Origin: Patescibacteria group bacterium
GTDB taxonomy: Bacteria; Patescibacteriota; Patescibacteriia; UBA10025; JAHIVO01
Direction: 5' to 3'
Length of the DNA: 64,000 bases
NCBI GenBank assembly: GCA_043808365.1
Contig: JAZDEZ010000003.1
Span: 2,628-66,627, forward strand
Shown: one piece after another, positions 44,966 to 54,699 of the stretch
How the letters are laid out: each line of letters starts with the position of its first letter
Position numbering within the stretch: position 1 is the stretch's first letter
The notes under the pieces: generated by a model
Database searches by the model: none
What the model was told of the DNA's origin: nothing
The model's input: only the letters and a program-made list of their open reading frames with translations
Made by a program: the position numbers and the translations under genes

Positions 44966-45140
44966 AATTCCTACTAGTAGTATATCTCATAATTACTCCT
45001 TTTGGCCAACAAAACCGCCCCCAGGGCATTATGGCGCGCCTTTGACTTATCATCAGCCTTCTATTATAATTTTACCAGATACTCGGCCTGATTACCGTCA
45101 ATTTTTATTTATTTCCCTATTAAATCTTCTTAAATCCCAC

Positions 45141-46652
45141 ATGCCTGATTTTCGTCCCAATAAATTAGAAGCTGAGCCGGCTGACTCCGCCCCAATAAAG
45201 ATTGACGCCAGCGTTTACCGGTCGGCCCAGATGCCCGCGCAAAAAACACACCTGCTCCGCTGGACGTTAATTTTAGCAGCCGTCATCATCACGATCGGCC
45301 TGGCATTCGGCATAAAATTCATCTCTGCCATCAACAGCACTAACGCCACCTCCGGAAAAAAAATCAGCTTTTTTCAACAGCTCTCGCATCTCGTTTCCAG
45401 TCCAACGGAACAGCTGAAAGGCGGGAGCGAAGACCGGATAAACATCATCCTGGCTGGCATCGGCGGAGCCGGGCATGACGGGGCATATCTCACTGATACG
45501 CTCATCCTGGTCAGCGTCAAACCGTCAACTAATGAAATCGCCACCATCTCCATCCCTCGCGACCTGGTGGTAGATTTCCCGAAATACGGCTGGCGTAAAA
45601 TAAATAATGCCCTGGCCTTTGGCGCAGAAATGGATTATCCGGGCGGCGGAGAAGCACTCCTGTCGAAAGTCGTCGGCGACGTGACCGGACTCCCGATCCA
45701 TTATTACGCCCGGATAGATTTTGAGGGCTTCCGTAAAGCGATTAATGACCTCGGCGGCATTGACGTATATATAGATAATGCTTTTACCGATGCCAACTAT
45801 CCAAATTACAGCTACGGATACCAGACCATCAGCTTCAAAAAAGGCTGGGAGCGCATGAATGGCGAGCGCGCCCTGCAATTCGCCCGTTCCCGCCATGGTT
45901 GCTGCGGCGAAGGATCGGATTTCGCCCGGTCGAAAAGGCAGCAAAAAATACTCCTGGCCGTAAAAAATAAGTTTTTTTCCATTAATTCCGTGGCTAACCC
46001 GTCATCCATTATTTCCGTTCTTGACGATATCGGCACCCATAATCAGACAAACATGGAAGCGTGGGAAATGGCACGGTTTGCCAAGATTGCCAAGGATATC
46101 AATAAAGACAATATCATTAACATGGTGCTGGACAACAGTACGCGCGGACTCCTCGTCTCAGACACCGGAGCTGACGGGGCCTATATCCTCCGGCCGAAAG
46201 ATGACGACTACTCTGCCATACGATCCATGGCAGTGAATATTTTCTACACCGGCCAAATCATGCGTGAACAAGCCGGCATTGAAATTCAAAACGGCACGAC
46301 GCAGACCGGATTGGCCGGCAAAACAGCCGACCGGCTGTCCGCCATGAGTTACGACATTGTCAAAATTGCCAACGCCGCGTCGCCGGAGCCCGTTACCCAA
46401 ACAGTTATCTACGACTTATCCGGCGGCACAAAGCCATATACTCTGGCCGGACTGAAAAAAAATCTAAACGCCGAATTGTCCGCTACGCCGCCGGCCAGCT
46501 ATCTGAACGTAAACAGCACCGCCTATACAAACGAAAACCGCAATACTAACGCGGCAGAACCAATCGACATCCTCATCATCGTCGGACCTGACCAGTCGGC
46601 CGCAACGTCTCCGATTGGCCAAACCTCAGTTACGAACCGTTCCACTCTGTAA
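45141..46652 (+). CDS. LytR-CpsA-Psr (LCP) family cell-envelope polymer transferase
   Basis: It has a TM anchor, then RINIILAGIGGAGHDGAYLTDTLILVSV...ISIPRDL and ALQFARSRH motifs. I chose the ATG at 45141. The ORF-track start at 45042 is a TTG, so the start is uncertain. Confidence 0.85.
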   Translation: MPDFRPNKLEAEPADSAPIKIDASVYRSAQMPAQKTHLLRWTLILAAVIITIGLAFGIKFISAINSTNATSGKKISFFQQLSHLVSSPTEQLKGGSEDRINIILAGIGGAGHDGAYLTDTLILVSVKPSTNEIATISIPRDLVVDFPKYGWRKINNALAFGAEMDYPGGGEALLSKVVGDVTGLPIHYYARIDFEGFRKAINDLGGIDVYIDNAFTDANYPNYSYGYQTISFKKGWERMNGERALQFARSRHGCCGEGSDFARSKRQQKILLAVKNKFFSINSVANPSSIISVLDDIGTHNQTNMEAWEMARFAKIAKDINKDNIINMVLDNSTRGLLVSDTGADGAYILRPKDDDYSAIRSMAVNIFYTGQIMREQAGIEIQNGTTQTGLAGKTADRLSAMSYDIVKIANAASPEPVTQTVIYDLSGGTKPYTLAGLKKNLNAELSATPPASYLNVNSTAYTNENRNTNAAEPIDILIIVGPDQSAATSPIGQTSVTNRSTL

Positions 46653-47980
46653 TGATTATGAAAAATTCTTTGCCGCGCGTAGTGCTGGCTGGCCGCACCA
46701 ATGCCGGCAAATCAACTTTGTTTAACACGCTGGCTGGCTTTAAGCATTCCATCGTCTCCACGATCCCCGGCACGACCCGGGACCTGAATGCTGCAACCAT
46801 CACCTGGCGCGGATGCAGTTTTGAGATAGTTGATTCAGGGGGTCTCGACGCGGCCGCGATCGGGCAGATTGAGCAAAAAGTGCAGGCCAAAGCGCACGAC
46901 GCGCTCCTGCAGGCGGACGTGATAATTATTGTCATTGACAGCCAGCAGGGGCTGACTGCCATTGATTTCGCGATCGCCAATAACCTTAAAAAGACAAAAA
47001 CACCGATTATCCTGGCCGCTAACAAGGCGGATAATACCCGGCATAAGCAGCGGCTTGACCCAGACCTGTACAAATTGGGATTAGGCGAACCGCATGCGCT
47101 TTCCGGGCTGAATGGGACTGGCACCGGCGATCTGCTGGATGTGGTGGTGAATTTGCTGGAAACAACAGATTACCAGCCGATGACAAGCTATACGCGAGTC
47201 TCCATCATCGGCAAGACCAACGTGGGGAAATCGTCCCTCATTAACGCATTACTAGGACGCGACTGGGCCATCACGAGCCATTTGCCGCACACAACGCGCG
47301 AACCACGCGATACGACTGTCCAATTCGACGGAAAAAATATTACCCTAGTCGATACCGCCGGGTTGCGCAAACACGAAGCGAAGGCCGGACCGATCGAAAA
47401 AATCAGTGCCGCAAAAACCCTGCACGCGATACGGCGGTCGGATATTTCCCTGTTCGTCACTGACGCCACGACCGCTTTGTCCAGCCAAGACTTAGCCATT
47501 GCCCACCTCGCGCTCGAAAGCCGTAATGGTATAATCATAGTAGTCAACAAATGGGACGCAATTCCGGACAAAACCCCAAAAACCATCAATGTTTTCATCA
47601 ACCGGTACCAGCATTATCTGCCCTGGCTGCCATGGGCCCCCATCATCTTCATTTCAGCGGCAGAGAAACAGCGCGTCCATGACTTATTAAAACTGATCGT
47701 GTCCGTACAGCAAGCGCGGGCCCAACGCCTGTCCCCTGGAAGCCTGGCAGAAATTATTTCACATATTGCCTTGCCGCGCGGCCGGGTCTCCAACCATCCG
47801 GCCACCAAACTGACCGGGCTGGCCCAAACCGATACGTGCCCGCCGACATTCCTGCTTTCCACCAACCGGCGCGGCCCGATCAACAAGGCAGTCATCAACC
47901 TGGTAGAAAAGCAGCTGCGCGCGGAACATGATCTCAACGGCACGCCGATTATCATCAATGTCCAGAAAAAAAACCAATAA
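46652..47980 (+). CDS. der: Ribosome-associated GTPase Der/EngA
   Basis: It has two tandem G domains (GRTNAGKSTLFN and GKTNVGKSSLIN, each with DTAG/NKxD) plus a KH-like C-terminus. The start overlaps the LCP stop codon. Confidence 0.95.
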   Translation: MIMKNSLPRVVLAGRTNAGKSTLFNTLAGFKHSIVSTIPGTTRDLNAATITWRGCSFEIVDSGGLDAAAIGQIEQKVQAKAHDALLQADVIIIVIDSQQGLTAIDFAIANNLKKTKTPIILAANKADNTRHKQRLDPDLYKLGLGEPHALSGLNGTGTGDLLDVVVNLLETTDYQPMTSYTRVSIIGKTNVGKSSLINALLGRDWAITSHLPHTTREPRDTTVQFDGKNITLVDTAGLRKHEAKAGPIEKISAAKTLHAIRRSDISLFVTDATTALSSQDLAIAHLALESRNGIIIVVNKWDAIPDKTPKTINVFINRYQHYLPWLPWAPIIFISAAEKQRVHDLLKLIVSVQQARAQRLSPGSLAEIISHIALPRGRVSNHPATKLTGLAQTDTCPPTFLLSTNRRGPINKAVINLVEKQLRAEHDLNGTPIIINVQKKNQ

Positions 47981-48067
47981 TAGTAAATCAAATATCAAAA
48001 TGCAAAAATCAAATACCTCGTTTCTTTATTTTAATTTTTGAAATTTGATTTTTTTATCTTTAGAAAT

Positions 48068-48601
48068 ATGATCCTCATCGTCGGCCTGGGAAATCCCGGC
48101 AAAGAATATCGAGACACCCGACACAATCTTGGCACAGTGGCCATTGAACCGTTCAGCGCCGATTACGAAAACAAATTCGACTCCCTTATTTCGAAATTCA
48201 ATGGCCAGGACGCGCTGATCGCCCTCCCCCAAACGTACATGAACGAATCTGGCCGGGCGGTAGCCGCGATTAAAAACTTTTACAAAATAACAGAGGAAAA
48301 TATCTGGGTCGCGCATGATGATGTTGATTTGCCCCTGGGAACGATCCGGGTCAGCCACAATGCATCAGCGGCCGGGCACCGCGGCGTCCAATCAATCATT
48401 GACCACATGGGCACGCAAAACTTCTGGCGCATCCGCTTGGGCATCGGGCGACCTGCGGGGAACATACCGACCGATGCGTATGTTCTTCAAAAGTTTACAC
48501 AGGAAGAATTGGAAAAAATCCCATCCTTCGTAAAAAAAACCGATGACGCCATTGCGCGTTTTTTGAGCAACGGTATTTCCGAGGAAACAATTCAAATATA
48601 A
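48068..48601 (+). CDS. pth: Peptidyl-tRNA hydrolase
   Basis: MILIVGLGNPGKEYRDTRHNLG and HDDVDLPLG motifs. The start was taken at the ATG at 48068. Confidence 0.95.
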   Translation: MILIVGLGNPGKEYRDTRHNLGTVAIEPFSADYENKFDSLISKFNGQDALIALPQTYMNESGRAVAAIKNFYKITEENIWVAHDDVDLPLGTIRVSHNASAAGHRGVQSIIDHMGTQNFWRIRLGIGRPAGNIPTDAYVLQKFTQEELEKIPSFVKKTDDAIARFLSNGISEETIQI

Positions 48602-48607
48602 AACAGT

Positions 48608-49681
48608 ATGGACACACAAGAAAAATTAGCGGTGGACAAAATTTTGCGGCTCGTGGCTGAACAAAAAGCGTCCGACCTGCACTTGATGATCGGCAGCCAT
48701 CCGGTCATCCGCATGAACAATAAACTGATCACGCTCGAGGACGAGAAAATCATCACCCGCGAATTCATGAGCGGGTTCATGCAAAGCGTCCTTGACCCGG
48801 ACCAACTGGCAATCTTGGAAAAAAACAAGGAAGTCGTCCTCGCTTACCAGTTCCAGAAACAAACTCGGTTCCGCATCAACGTCTTCCACCAAAAAGGGCA
48901 AATAGCCGCCTATCTGCGGCTCATCGGCAACACGATCTTGCCGCTCCGTTCCCTGGGTCTGCCTCCGATATTGGAATCAATGGCGGAACTGAAGAAAGGG
49001 CTGTTGATTTTCAGCGGATCATTCGGCTCCGGCAAGACCACGACGTCCGCTTCCCTGCTCGACCATATCAACCGGACCCGCTCCACCTACATGCTGACCG
49101 TGGAAAAACCGATCGAATACCTGTTCAACAACCAAAAAAGCATCATTGAGCAGCGGGAAGTGGGCCGCGACACCATCAGCTTTGAACAGGCATTGGCCTA
49201 TGTGACGCAAGAAGACGTGGATATCGTTTTCATATCCGAATTGTCAACACCGGCAGTCACCCGCCAGGTGATGAACATCGCCACGTCAGGCCGCCTGGTG
49301 ATTGCCAACCTGGAGGCGGATACCATCATAAAAACATTGGAACTCGTCATCACTAGTTTTCCGAAAGACGAGCAGCAACAGATACGCGATCAATTAGCCG
49401 CTAACCTGGCCGGCATCGTCTGCCAGCGCTTGGTCCCTCGGGTCGGCGGCGGGCAGGTGGCAGTTGCGGAAATCATGACTTCCACTCCGCCCATCCAGTC
49501 GCTCATCAAGGAGGGTTCCTTGTTCCAGATAAACAATATCATCCTAACGTCACGCGCCGAGGGCATGGTATCGCTCGACTGGTCTTTGGCCGAGCTGGTC
49601 AAGACGAATGAGGTGTTGCTTGAAGACGCGCTGCGATACGCCAGCGATCCCCAGCAGTTGCGCTATATGCTAAGAGCGTAA
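48608..49681 (+). CDS. pilT: PilT-like type IV pilus retraction ATPase with non-canonical Asp and His boxes
   Basis: 357 aa with Walker A GSFGSGKTTT, a PilT-like length and the C-terminal GGGQVAVAEIM...IQSLIKEG. GEMRD is replaced by SELST and GHLVxxTLHT by GRLVIANLEA. Confidence 0.8.
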   Translation: MDTQEKLAVDKILRLVAEQKASDLHLMIGSHPVIRMNNKLITLEDEKIITREFMSGFMQSVLDPDQLAILEKNKEVVLAYQFQKQTRFRINVFHQKGQIAAYLRLIGNTILPLRSLGLPPILESMAELKKGLLIFSGSFGSGKTTTSASLLDHINRTRSTYMLTVEKPIEYLFNNQKSIIEQREVGRDTISFEQALAYVTQEDVDIVFISELSTPAVTRQVMNIATSGRLVIANLEADTIIKTLELVITSFPKDEQQQIRDQLAANLAGIVCQRLVPRVGGGQVAVAEIMTSTPPIQSLIKEGSLFQINNIILTSRAEGMVSLDWSLAELVKTNEVLLEDALRYASDPQQLRYMLRA

Positions 49682-49686
49682 ATACT

Positions 49687-50748
49687 ATGGCATTATTCAA
49701 TAAAAAAAATGAGGGTCTCGTCGGCATAGATTTTGGATCCGGCGCGATCAAGGTGGTTGAGCTTATCAACCATGCCGGAATGGCCGCATTGGTGACTTAT
49801 GGCATTGGCGTCAAAGACCGCGTAATGGTAAAAACCGACGCGAGGCGCAACCAGCACGCCACTATCGAACAGTTACTGCACATCCTCAAAGAATCACGCG
49901 TCAACACCAAACGGGTCGTGGCGGCCTTGCCCGCTGTCAATGTCTTTACGACGGTGATCGCCATGCCGCAAATGCCTAAAAATGAAATTGAGGCCGCCAT
50001 CCGGTGGGAAGCGAAAAAAATGGTTCCTTTGCCACTGGATAAAATGGCAATTGATTGGCATCCAGTCCCTGTTGACCTTGAGGATCCAAAGGAAAAAAAT
50101 AACTTCAAAATAATAATGACCGCCGCTCCATCAGACGTCATAGAGGGTTACTTGTCCATGATGAAAATCGCCGGACTGCAGCTGGTTGGGCTGGAAACCG
50201 AAGCCACGGCTTTGCGGCGGTCGTTGCTCCCAACCGCTCATGGGTGCCATCTGCTCCTGGACATGGGCGCGTCCACCTCAAACGTCATAATCTTTAACCA
50301 TGGACTGCCGGTCGTGACGCGGAATATCGACGCAGGCGGCGAGGCCATCAACCATAACATTGCTAATGCCATGAACATTTCCTTGGATCGGGCCGCCCAA
50401 TTCCGCGACGATGTCGGGCTGCCGGCAGATGGGTTCGCTTCACATCCGGTCCACCACGCGATTATTTTTGTCATTGACAACCTTATTATCCAGGAACTCA
50501 CGCGCGTGCTGAACACGTACCTCATGGGCGGCGGCCGCCCGATTGATCAGATCACGATTGCCGGCGGGTGCAGCCATATAAAAAATCTGGACGCCTACCT
50601 GGCTAGCCGGACAAAAATAAAGACAGTCATCGGCAACCCATGGCAAGAAGTCAATTTCCACCCTGAGTTAAAACCGGCCATTGACAAATTCGCCCCCCAA
50701 TTGGCCGTGGCCATCGGATTGGCCTTGAATGTAAAAAACCTACCGTAA
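49687..50748 (+). CDS. pilM: Type IV pilus assembly protein PilM (actin-like ATPase)
   Basis: 353 aa with GIDFGSGAIKVVEL and LLLDMGASTSNV phosphate-binding motifs. It follows pilT. Confidence 0.8.
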   Translation: MALFNKKNEGLVGIDFGSGAIKVVELINHAGMAALVTYGIGVKDRVMVKTDARRNQHATIEQLLHILKESRVNTKRVVAALPAVNVFTTVIAMPQMPKNEIEAAIRWEAKKMVPLPLDKMAIDWHPVPVDLEDPKEKNNFKIIMTAAPSDVIEGYLSMMKIAGLQLVGLETEATALRRSLLPTAHGCHLLLDMGASTSNVIIFNHGLPVVTRNIDAGGEAINHNIANAMNISLDRAAQFRDDVGLPADGFASHPVHHAIIFVIDNLIIQELTRVLNTYLMGGGRPIDQITIAGGCSHIKNLDAYLASRTKIKTVIGNPWQEVNFHPELKPAIDKFAPQLAVAIGLALNVKNLP

Positions 50749-50818
50749 CCTTGACGTCCGCCAGCCAGGCGTGTATATTGGTAAATCAAAACCAAGCTCT
50801 TTTTTTATGGAGGTTTTC

Positions 50819-50998
50819 ATGCCATATACGGTAACCGTGGATCCCCTAGCAGGAGGAAATGGCTGGTGCATAAAGCTCAATGGCGAAATTGCACGAAATA
50901 TCATTTCAGCCAGTGCGCCGATCATTACGAAATCTGACCTGCAAGGCGTGACATACGAACACGAGAGCCAGACATACCATATCCCTTGGCCGGCATAA
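50819..50998 (+). CDS. Small hypothetical protein (59 aa)
   Basis: GGAGG lies 5 nt upstream of the ATG at 50819. It is preceded by TTGACG-N17-TATATT at 50752-50780 and followed by a GC hairpin plus a T-run. Confidence 0.4.
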   Translation: MPYTVTVDPLAGGNGWCIKLNGEIARNIISASAPIITKSDLQGVTYEHESQTYHIPWPA

Positions 50999-51070
50999 TA
51001 AACCAGCCAATCAGCCTCAATAACCCTGCTCGCATCTTGCCGGCCGGGTTTTTTATTTGAAGCAAATCAT

Positions 51071-51160
51071 CGCGAGGCCACGGGTCTTGCGGGCCCCGGG
51101 CCGAGCGATACAGCTTTGGGAAAGGATGTGATGAAGGGACACCTTCGGTTTCCCTTCATG
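51071..51160. repeat. GC-rich structured element, second member of the family at 18786-18930
   Basis: It has the same closing helix, GGCC-A-CGGG / CCCGGGCC, with a 10-nt loop here in place of the long inserted hairpin at 18.8 kb. This is followed by GCT..GGGAA, GATGA and a UUCG-capped hairpin GAAGGGA...UCCCUUC. Confidence 0.55.
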
Positions 51161-51165
51161 AATTA

Positions 51166-51299
51166 AAAAACCCACTTTACTGCCGCCAAGCGCAAGGTTT
51201 CACAGAAGAATCTGCAACACCTTAACTCATGGTTACTGACGAGACGTAGGAGGGGTTGTCTCATGGTCACCGCTTGGAACGGCAGTAAAGTGGGTTTTT
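51166..51299. ncRNA. 134-nt element closed by a 27-bp stem (candidate structured RNA or MITE)
   Basis: AAAAACCCACTTTACTGCCG+CCAAGCG (51166-51192) pairs with CGCTTGG-aa-CGGCAGTAAAGTGGGTTTTT (51271-51299). The interior has two further hairpins and a direct repeat CTCATGGT(T/C)AC. Confidence 0.4.
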
Positions 51300-51314
51300 A
51301 CCGCAGTTGGCCAC

Positions 51315-51343
51315 TTGCCAAAATTCGAAAAATACGTTAATAT
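51315..51343 (+). promoter_or_regulatory. Predicted promoter TTGCCA-N17-TAATAT upstream of mfd
   Basis: The hexamers were read on the plus strand, with a leader of about 150 nt to the mfd start. Confidence 0.4.
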
Positions 51344-51494
51344 GGAATAGTAGCAAACTAGCCCACCCCTGTCAATACCTTTTACGGCAAGCCAGGGAGC
51401 GGACTTTGCCGTTCACACTTCGGCTTTACGATCAGTGTAATCCTGAGCTATATCGAAGGATTTACCGGCCTTTCAAAATATTAAATAAAATACC

Positions 51495-54400
51495 GTGCCT
51501 GTCACCCAGTCCAGCCATACTGGCATGGCCGACTTTGTCAAAGAGTCCACCGAACAGCTGCAAACTAAAAAAACAGTCAGCCTAGCCGGCCTCCCGCACC
51601 TCGCGGCCCAAACCTATTACGCCACCATCCATCCCTTCGTTTCAGAAAGGGTCGTTTTGTGGCTGACGACGACAAATGAATCCGCGTCAGTGGAGAGGTT
51701 GCTGTCCTATTGGCATAAAATATTCAAAATCAACGTGCCGGTGTGGCCATTGGAGGATATTAATCCCTTGCGCGCCAAGCAACTGGCTGATCTACAGCCC
51801 CAAATCGTCGTTGCCAGCTACCGGCAGCTTAATGAAAAATTACCATCCTTAAATTCAAATGGACAGCACGTCATGACGCTGACTGTCGGCGACAATCTCA
51901 CGCCATCATCATTATCACAAAAACTCATTGATTTTAATTATGAATTTACCGGCCAGGCCAGCCAGAGCGGTTTTTTTGCCAGGCGCGGCGGCGTGGTGGA
52001 CATCTACCCAATCAACTCCGACCGGCCGATCCGGCTGGAATTTTCTGACCGCCAGATCATCAGCCTGCGCGCCTTCAACCCCATCAATAAACGCGCCGGT
52101 GAAGCTTTGCCAGCCTGCCAAATCGTCGCGGTAAAATTCCGCTCCAACACCGGCCGGACGACGTTTTCCACCTACCTGGAAACTATCCAAAACCCGCTCA
52201 TTATTTATCGCGACCAAGAGGAAGCCACCGGCGAGCTGCCGACCTGGCGGGCTATGGAAGAAAAGCTCGAGACGTATCAGCGCCTGGTATTCCATGATTT
52301 CCACAAGGGCTCAATACATGTGCATTTCGAGCACGCTCCCCGGTACCGGCAAAACTTCGGAAAACTAGTGACGGATTTGCGTGATTTGGCAAAAGACAAC
52401 TGGCAAATTGCCATAGCCTCGAACCGACCGAAAGAACTGCAGCAAATGCTGAAGGAAAAGAAGGCTGGCGACATGCCCGTAACCTGGTGGCCTTTTATCC
52501 ACGAACTGGAAGGATTCCAAAACTGCCAGGCCAAACTCCTCTTGCTCACGGACAAGGAAATATTCGGCGAGCAGAACCTCAAACACGAATCCCCGCGCCA
52601 CCGGGTGGACCAGGCGTTTATCATGGGCATGAAGCCGGGCGATTATATCGTCCATTTGGATCACGGAATCGGACGGTTTGTCAGTATGACAAAAAATATC
52701 GTCGAAAGCATCACCCGTGAATATTTCGTCCTCCAATATGCCGAGGGCGACAAGCTCTATATTCCTGTCGAAACGGCCGATAAAATCTCTAAATATATCG
52801 GCATTGCCCACCCTAAGCTGCACCGCCTCTCAGGCGGACAGTGGTACCAGCTCACCCGCAAGGTGAAACAGGAAGCGAAAATCCTGGCCCAGGAACTTCT
52901 CAAAATCTACGCCAAACGGGAGCTCATCAAAATTCAGCCCTGCGTTAAACCTTTGCCCGAAGAGATTGAATTGTCAAAATCATTCCCCTATCAGGAAACG
53001 GCGGACCAGGCTAAAGCGATTAACGACGTCGAGTCCGATATGCGCCGCGAAACGCCGATGGACCGCCTGATCTGCGGCGACGTCGGGTTCGGAAAAACTG
53101 AAGTCGCTGTCCGGGCGGCATTCAAAGCGGCTATGAACAAAAAACAGGTCGCCCTGCTGTCGCCAACCACCATCCTGACCCAGCAACACTATGACACCTT
53201 TACCGAGCGGCTGAAAAAGTTCCCGGTGAAAATAGGCATCCTGTCCCGTTTTGAATCTCCAAAAGAGCAGGCCCAAACCATTGCCGGCATGAAAGGCGGT
53301 ACTGTCGACATCGTAGTCGGCACGCACCGCCTGTTATCCAATGACGTGAGCTTCAAAAATCTCGGATTGATAATCATCGATGAAGAGCAGCGGTTCGGCG
53401 TCAAGGCAAAAGAAAGATTAAAGGCCTTGCGCACGCAATCCCACATCCTCACCCTGACTGCCACGCCGATACCGCGCACGTTGAATATCGCGCTTTCCGG
53501 CGTCCGCGATGTCAGTATCATTGAAACGCCGCCGGAAGGCAGGCTGCCGATCAACACGTTAATCGAACCCTACTCGCAGGAGCTGGTCCAAAAATCCGTG
53601 ACTGAAGAGCTCAAACGCGGCGGCCAGGTCTACTATCTCCATAATAAAGTGGAGACAATCGCATTTGCGGCAAAGGGGATATCCCAGATGGTGCCGAACA
53701 GCCGCATCGGCATTGCCCACGGACGCCTGCCGGAAAAAGACCTGGCAAAAGCCATGGCAGATTTTGACACCGGCCAGACAAATATACTGGTCTGCTCAAC
53801 CATCATCGAGAACGGCTTAGACCTGCCGAACGTCAACACTCTCATCGTCGATAATGCGACAAACTTCGGGCTGGCTCAACTCTACCAGCTGCGCGGCCGG
53901 ATCGGACGCGGCAGCCGGCAGGCCCACGCGTATTTTCTCTACCATCGGAAAAAATTAATAAGCAATGCCAAAAAAAGGCTCCAAGCCCTGATGGAAGCAA
54001 AAAAGCTCGGCAGCGGATTCCAGCTGGCCCTCCGGGACCTGGAAATCCGCGGTGCCGGCAATATCCTCGGCAAGGAACAGCATGGGAAAGTATCCGCAAT
54101 CGGCCTCTCGTTATATACGCGGTTATTGGCCCAGGCAATTGAGGAGCTAAAATTCGGAAAAATTCAGGAACCTGTGCGGGATATATTGATTGACCTGCCG
54201 ATGGAAGCGTATATCCCGCAGTCATTCCTCCCGGAAGAGGAGCGCCTGATCCTGTACCAACAGCTGGCCGGCATCATGAACATGAATGAGCTCCTCGAGA
54301 TGCGCGATAAGATGATCCGATCGAGATCCCGCGAAGAGCAGCAGCATTTCCCGCCACAACTGCTGAATTTATTCGAAATACTCGAAGTCCGCATCCTCGC

Positions 54401-54659
54401 CCAAAAAACCGACATCTCGCACATTGACACGACCTGGTCCACCGACCAGGCGGGGCATAAAATCCAGAAATTGATCATAAAATTCCTCTACCCATTAAAG
54501 CCGGAGCCTCTGGCCAGGCTGCTGCAAAAAAATACCGATTGGCAGTTTACTGACGACTCGATCAAGATCGACCTGGCCAAACTCGGCGCTAAATGGCTTG
54601 ATGAGCTGAAAAAAGCCATCAAGAATTTCCAGCACCAAAATACCAACGCAAAAAAATAG
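51495..54659 (+). CDS. mfd: Transcription-repair coupling factor Mfd
   Basis: 1054 aa with a CarD-like RNAP-interacting region (YIVHLDHGIGRF), SF2 helicase motifs (GDVGFGKTEVA, IIDEEQRFG) and TRG/TD7 regions. The start is uncertain (GTG at 51495 versus ATG at 51525). Confidence 0.92.
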   Translation: MPVTQSSHTGMADFVKESTEQLQTKKTVSLAGLPHLAAQTYYATIHPFVSERVVLWLTTTNESASVERLLSYWHKIFKINVPVWPLEDINPLRAKQLADLQPQIVVASYRQLNEKLPSLNSNGQHVMTLTVGDNLTPSSLSQKLIDFNYEFTGQASQSGFFARRGGVVDIYPINSDRPIRLEFSDRQIISLRAFNPINKRAGEALPACQIVAVKFRSNTGRTTFSTYLETIQNPLIIYRDQEEATGELPTWRAMEEKLETYQRLVFHDFHKGSIHVHFEHAPRYRQNFGKLVTDLRDLAKDNWQIAIASNRPKELQQMLKEKKAGDMPVTWWPFIHELEGFQNCQAKLLLLTDKEIFGEQNLKHESPRHRVDQAFIMGMKPGDYIVHLDHGIGRFVSMTKNIVESITREYFVLQYAEGDKLYIPVETADKISKYIGIAHPKLHRLSGGQWYQLTRKVKQEAKILAQELLKIYAKRELIKIQPCVKPLPEEIELSKSFPYQETADQAKAINDVESDMRRETPMDRLICGDVGFGKTEVAVRAAFKAAMNKKQVALLSPTTILTQQHYDTFTERLKKFPVKIGILSRFESPKEQAQTIAGMKGGTVDIVVGTHRLLSNDVSFKNLGLIIIDEEQRFGVKAKERLKALRTQSHILTLTATPIPRTLNIALSGVRDVSIIETPPEGRLPINTLIEPYSQELVQKSVTEELKRGGQVYYLHNKVETIAFAAKGISQMVPNSRIGIAHGRLPEKDLAKAMADFDTGQTNILVCSTIIENGLDLPNVNTLIVDNATNFGLAQLYQLRGRIGRGSRQAHAYFLYHRKKLISNAKKRLQALMEAKKLGSGFQLALRDLEIRGAGNILGKEQHGKVSAIGLSLYTRLLAQAIEELKFGKIQEPVRDILIDLPMEAYIPQSFLPEEERLILYQQLAGIMNMNELLEMRDKMIRSRSREEQQHFPPQLLNLFEILEVRILAQKTDISHIDTTWSTDQAGHKIQKLIIKFLYPLKPEPLARLLQKNTDWQFTDDSIKIDLAKLGAKWLDELKKAIKNFQHQNTNAKK

Positions 54660-54699
54660 GGCGTGGAATGTGTTTCCGACGCCCCGTGTCTGATGCTGA

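Noticed and set aside
44966-45140. A replication origin at the strand-switch gap.
   Set aside because: No DnaA-box clusters or AT-rich unwinding repeats were recognisable, and dnaA/dnaN are not adjacent. It is kept only as a low-interest note pending GC-skew analysis.
51225-51270. A hammerhead ribozyme core, suggested by the CUGACGA motif followed by a GAGAC/GUCUC stem.
   Set aside because: The obligatory GAAA element after stem II and a plausible stem III/cleavage triplet are absent.
51071-51494. tmRNA, SRP RNA, RNase P RNA or 6S RNA in the 490-nt gap before mfd.
   Set aside because: There is no GGAAGCAGC-type SRP helix-8 motif, no GAGGAAAGUCC / ACAGAANNCGGCUUA RNase P blocks, and no tRNA-like CCA-ending acceptor with a tag ORF. 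The region is better explained by repeat elements plus a promoter.
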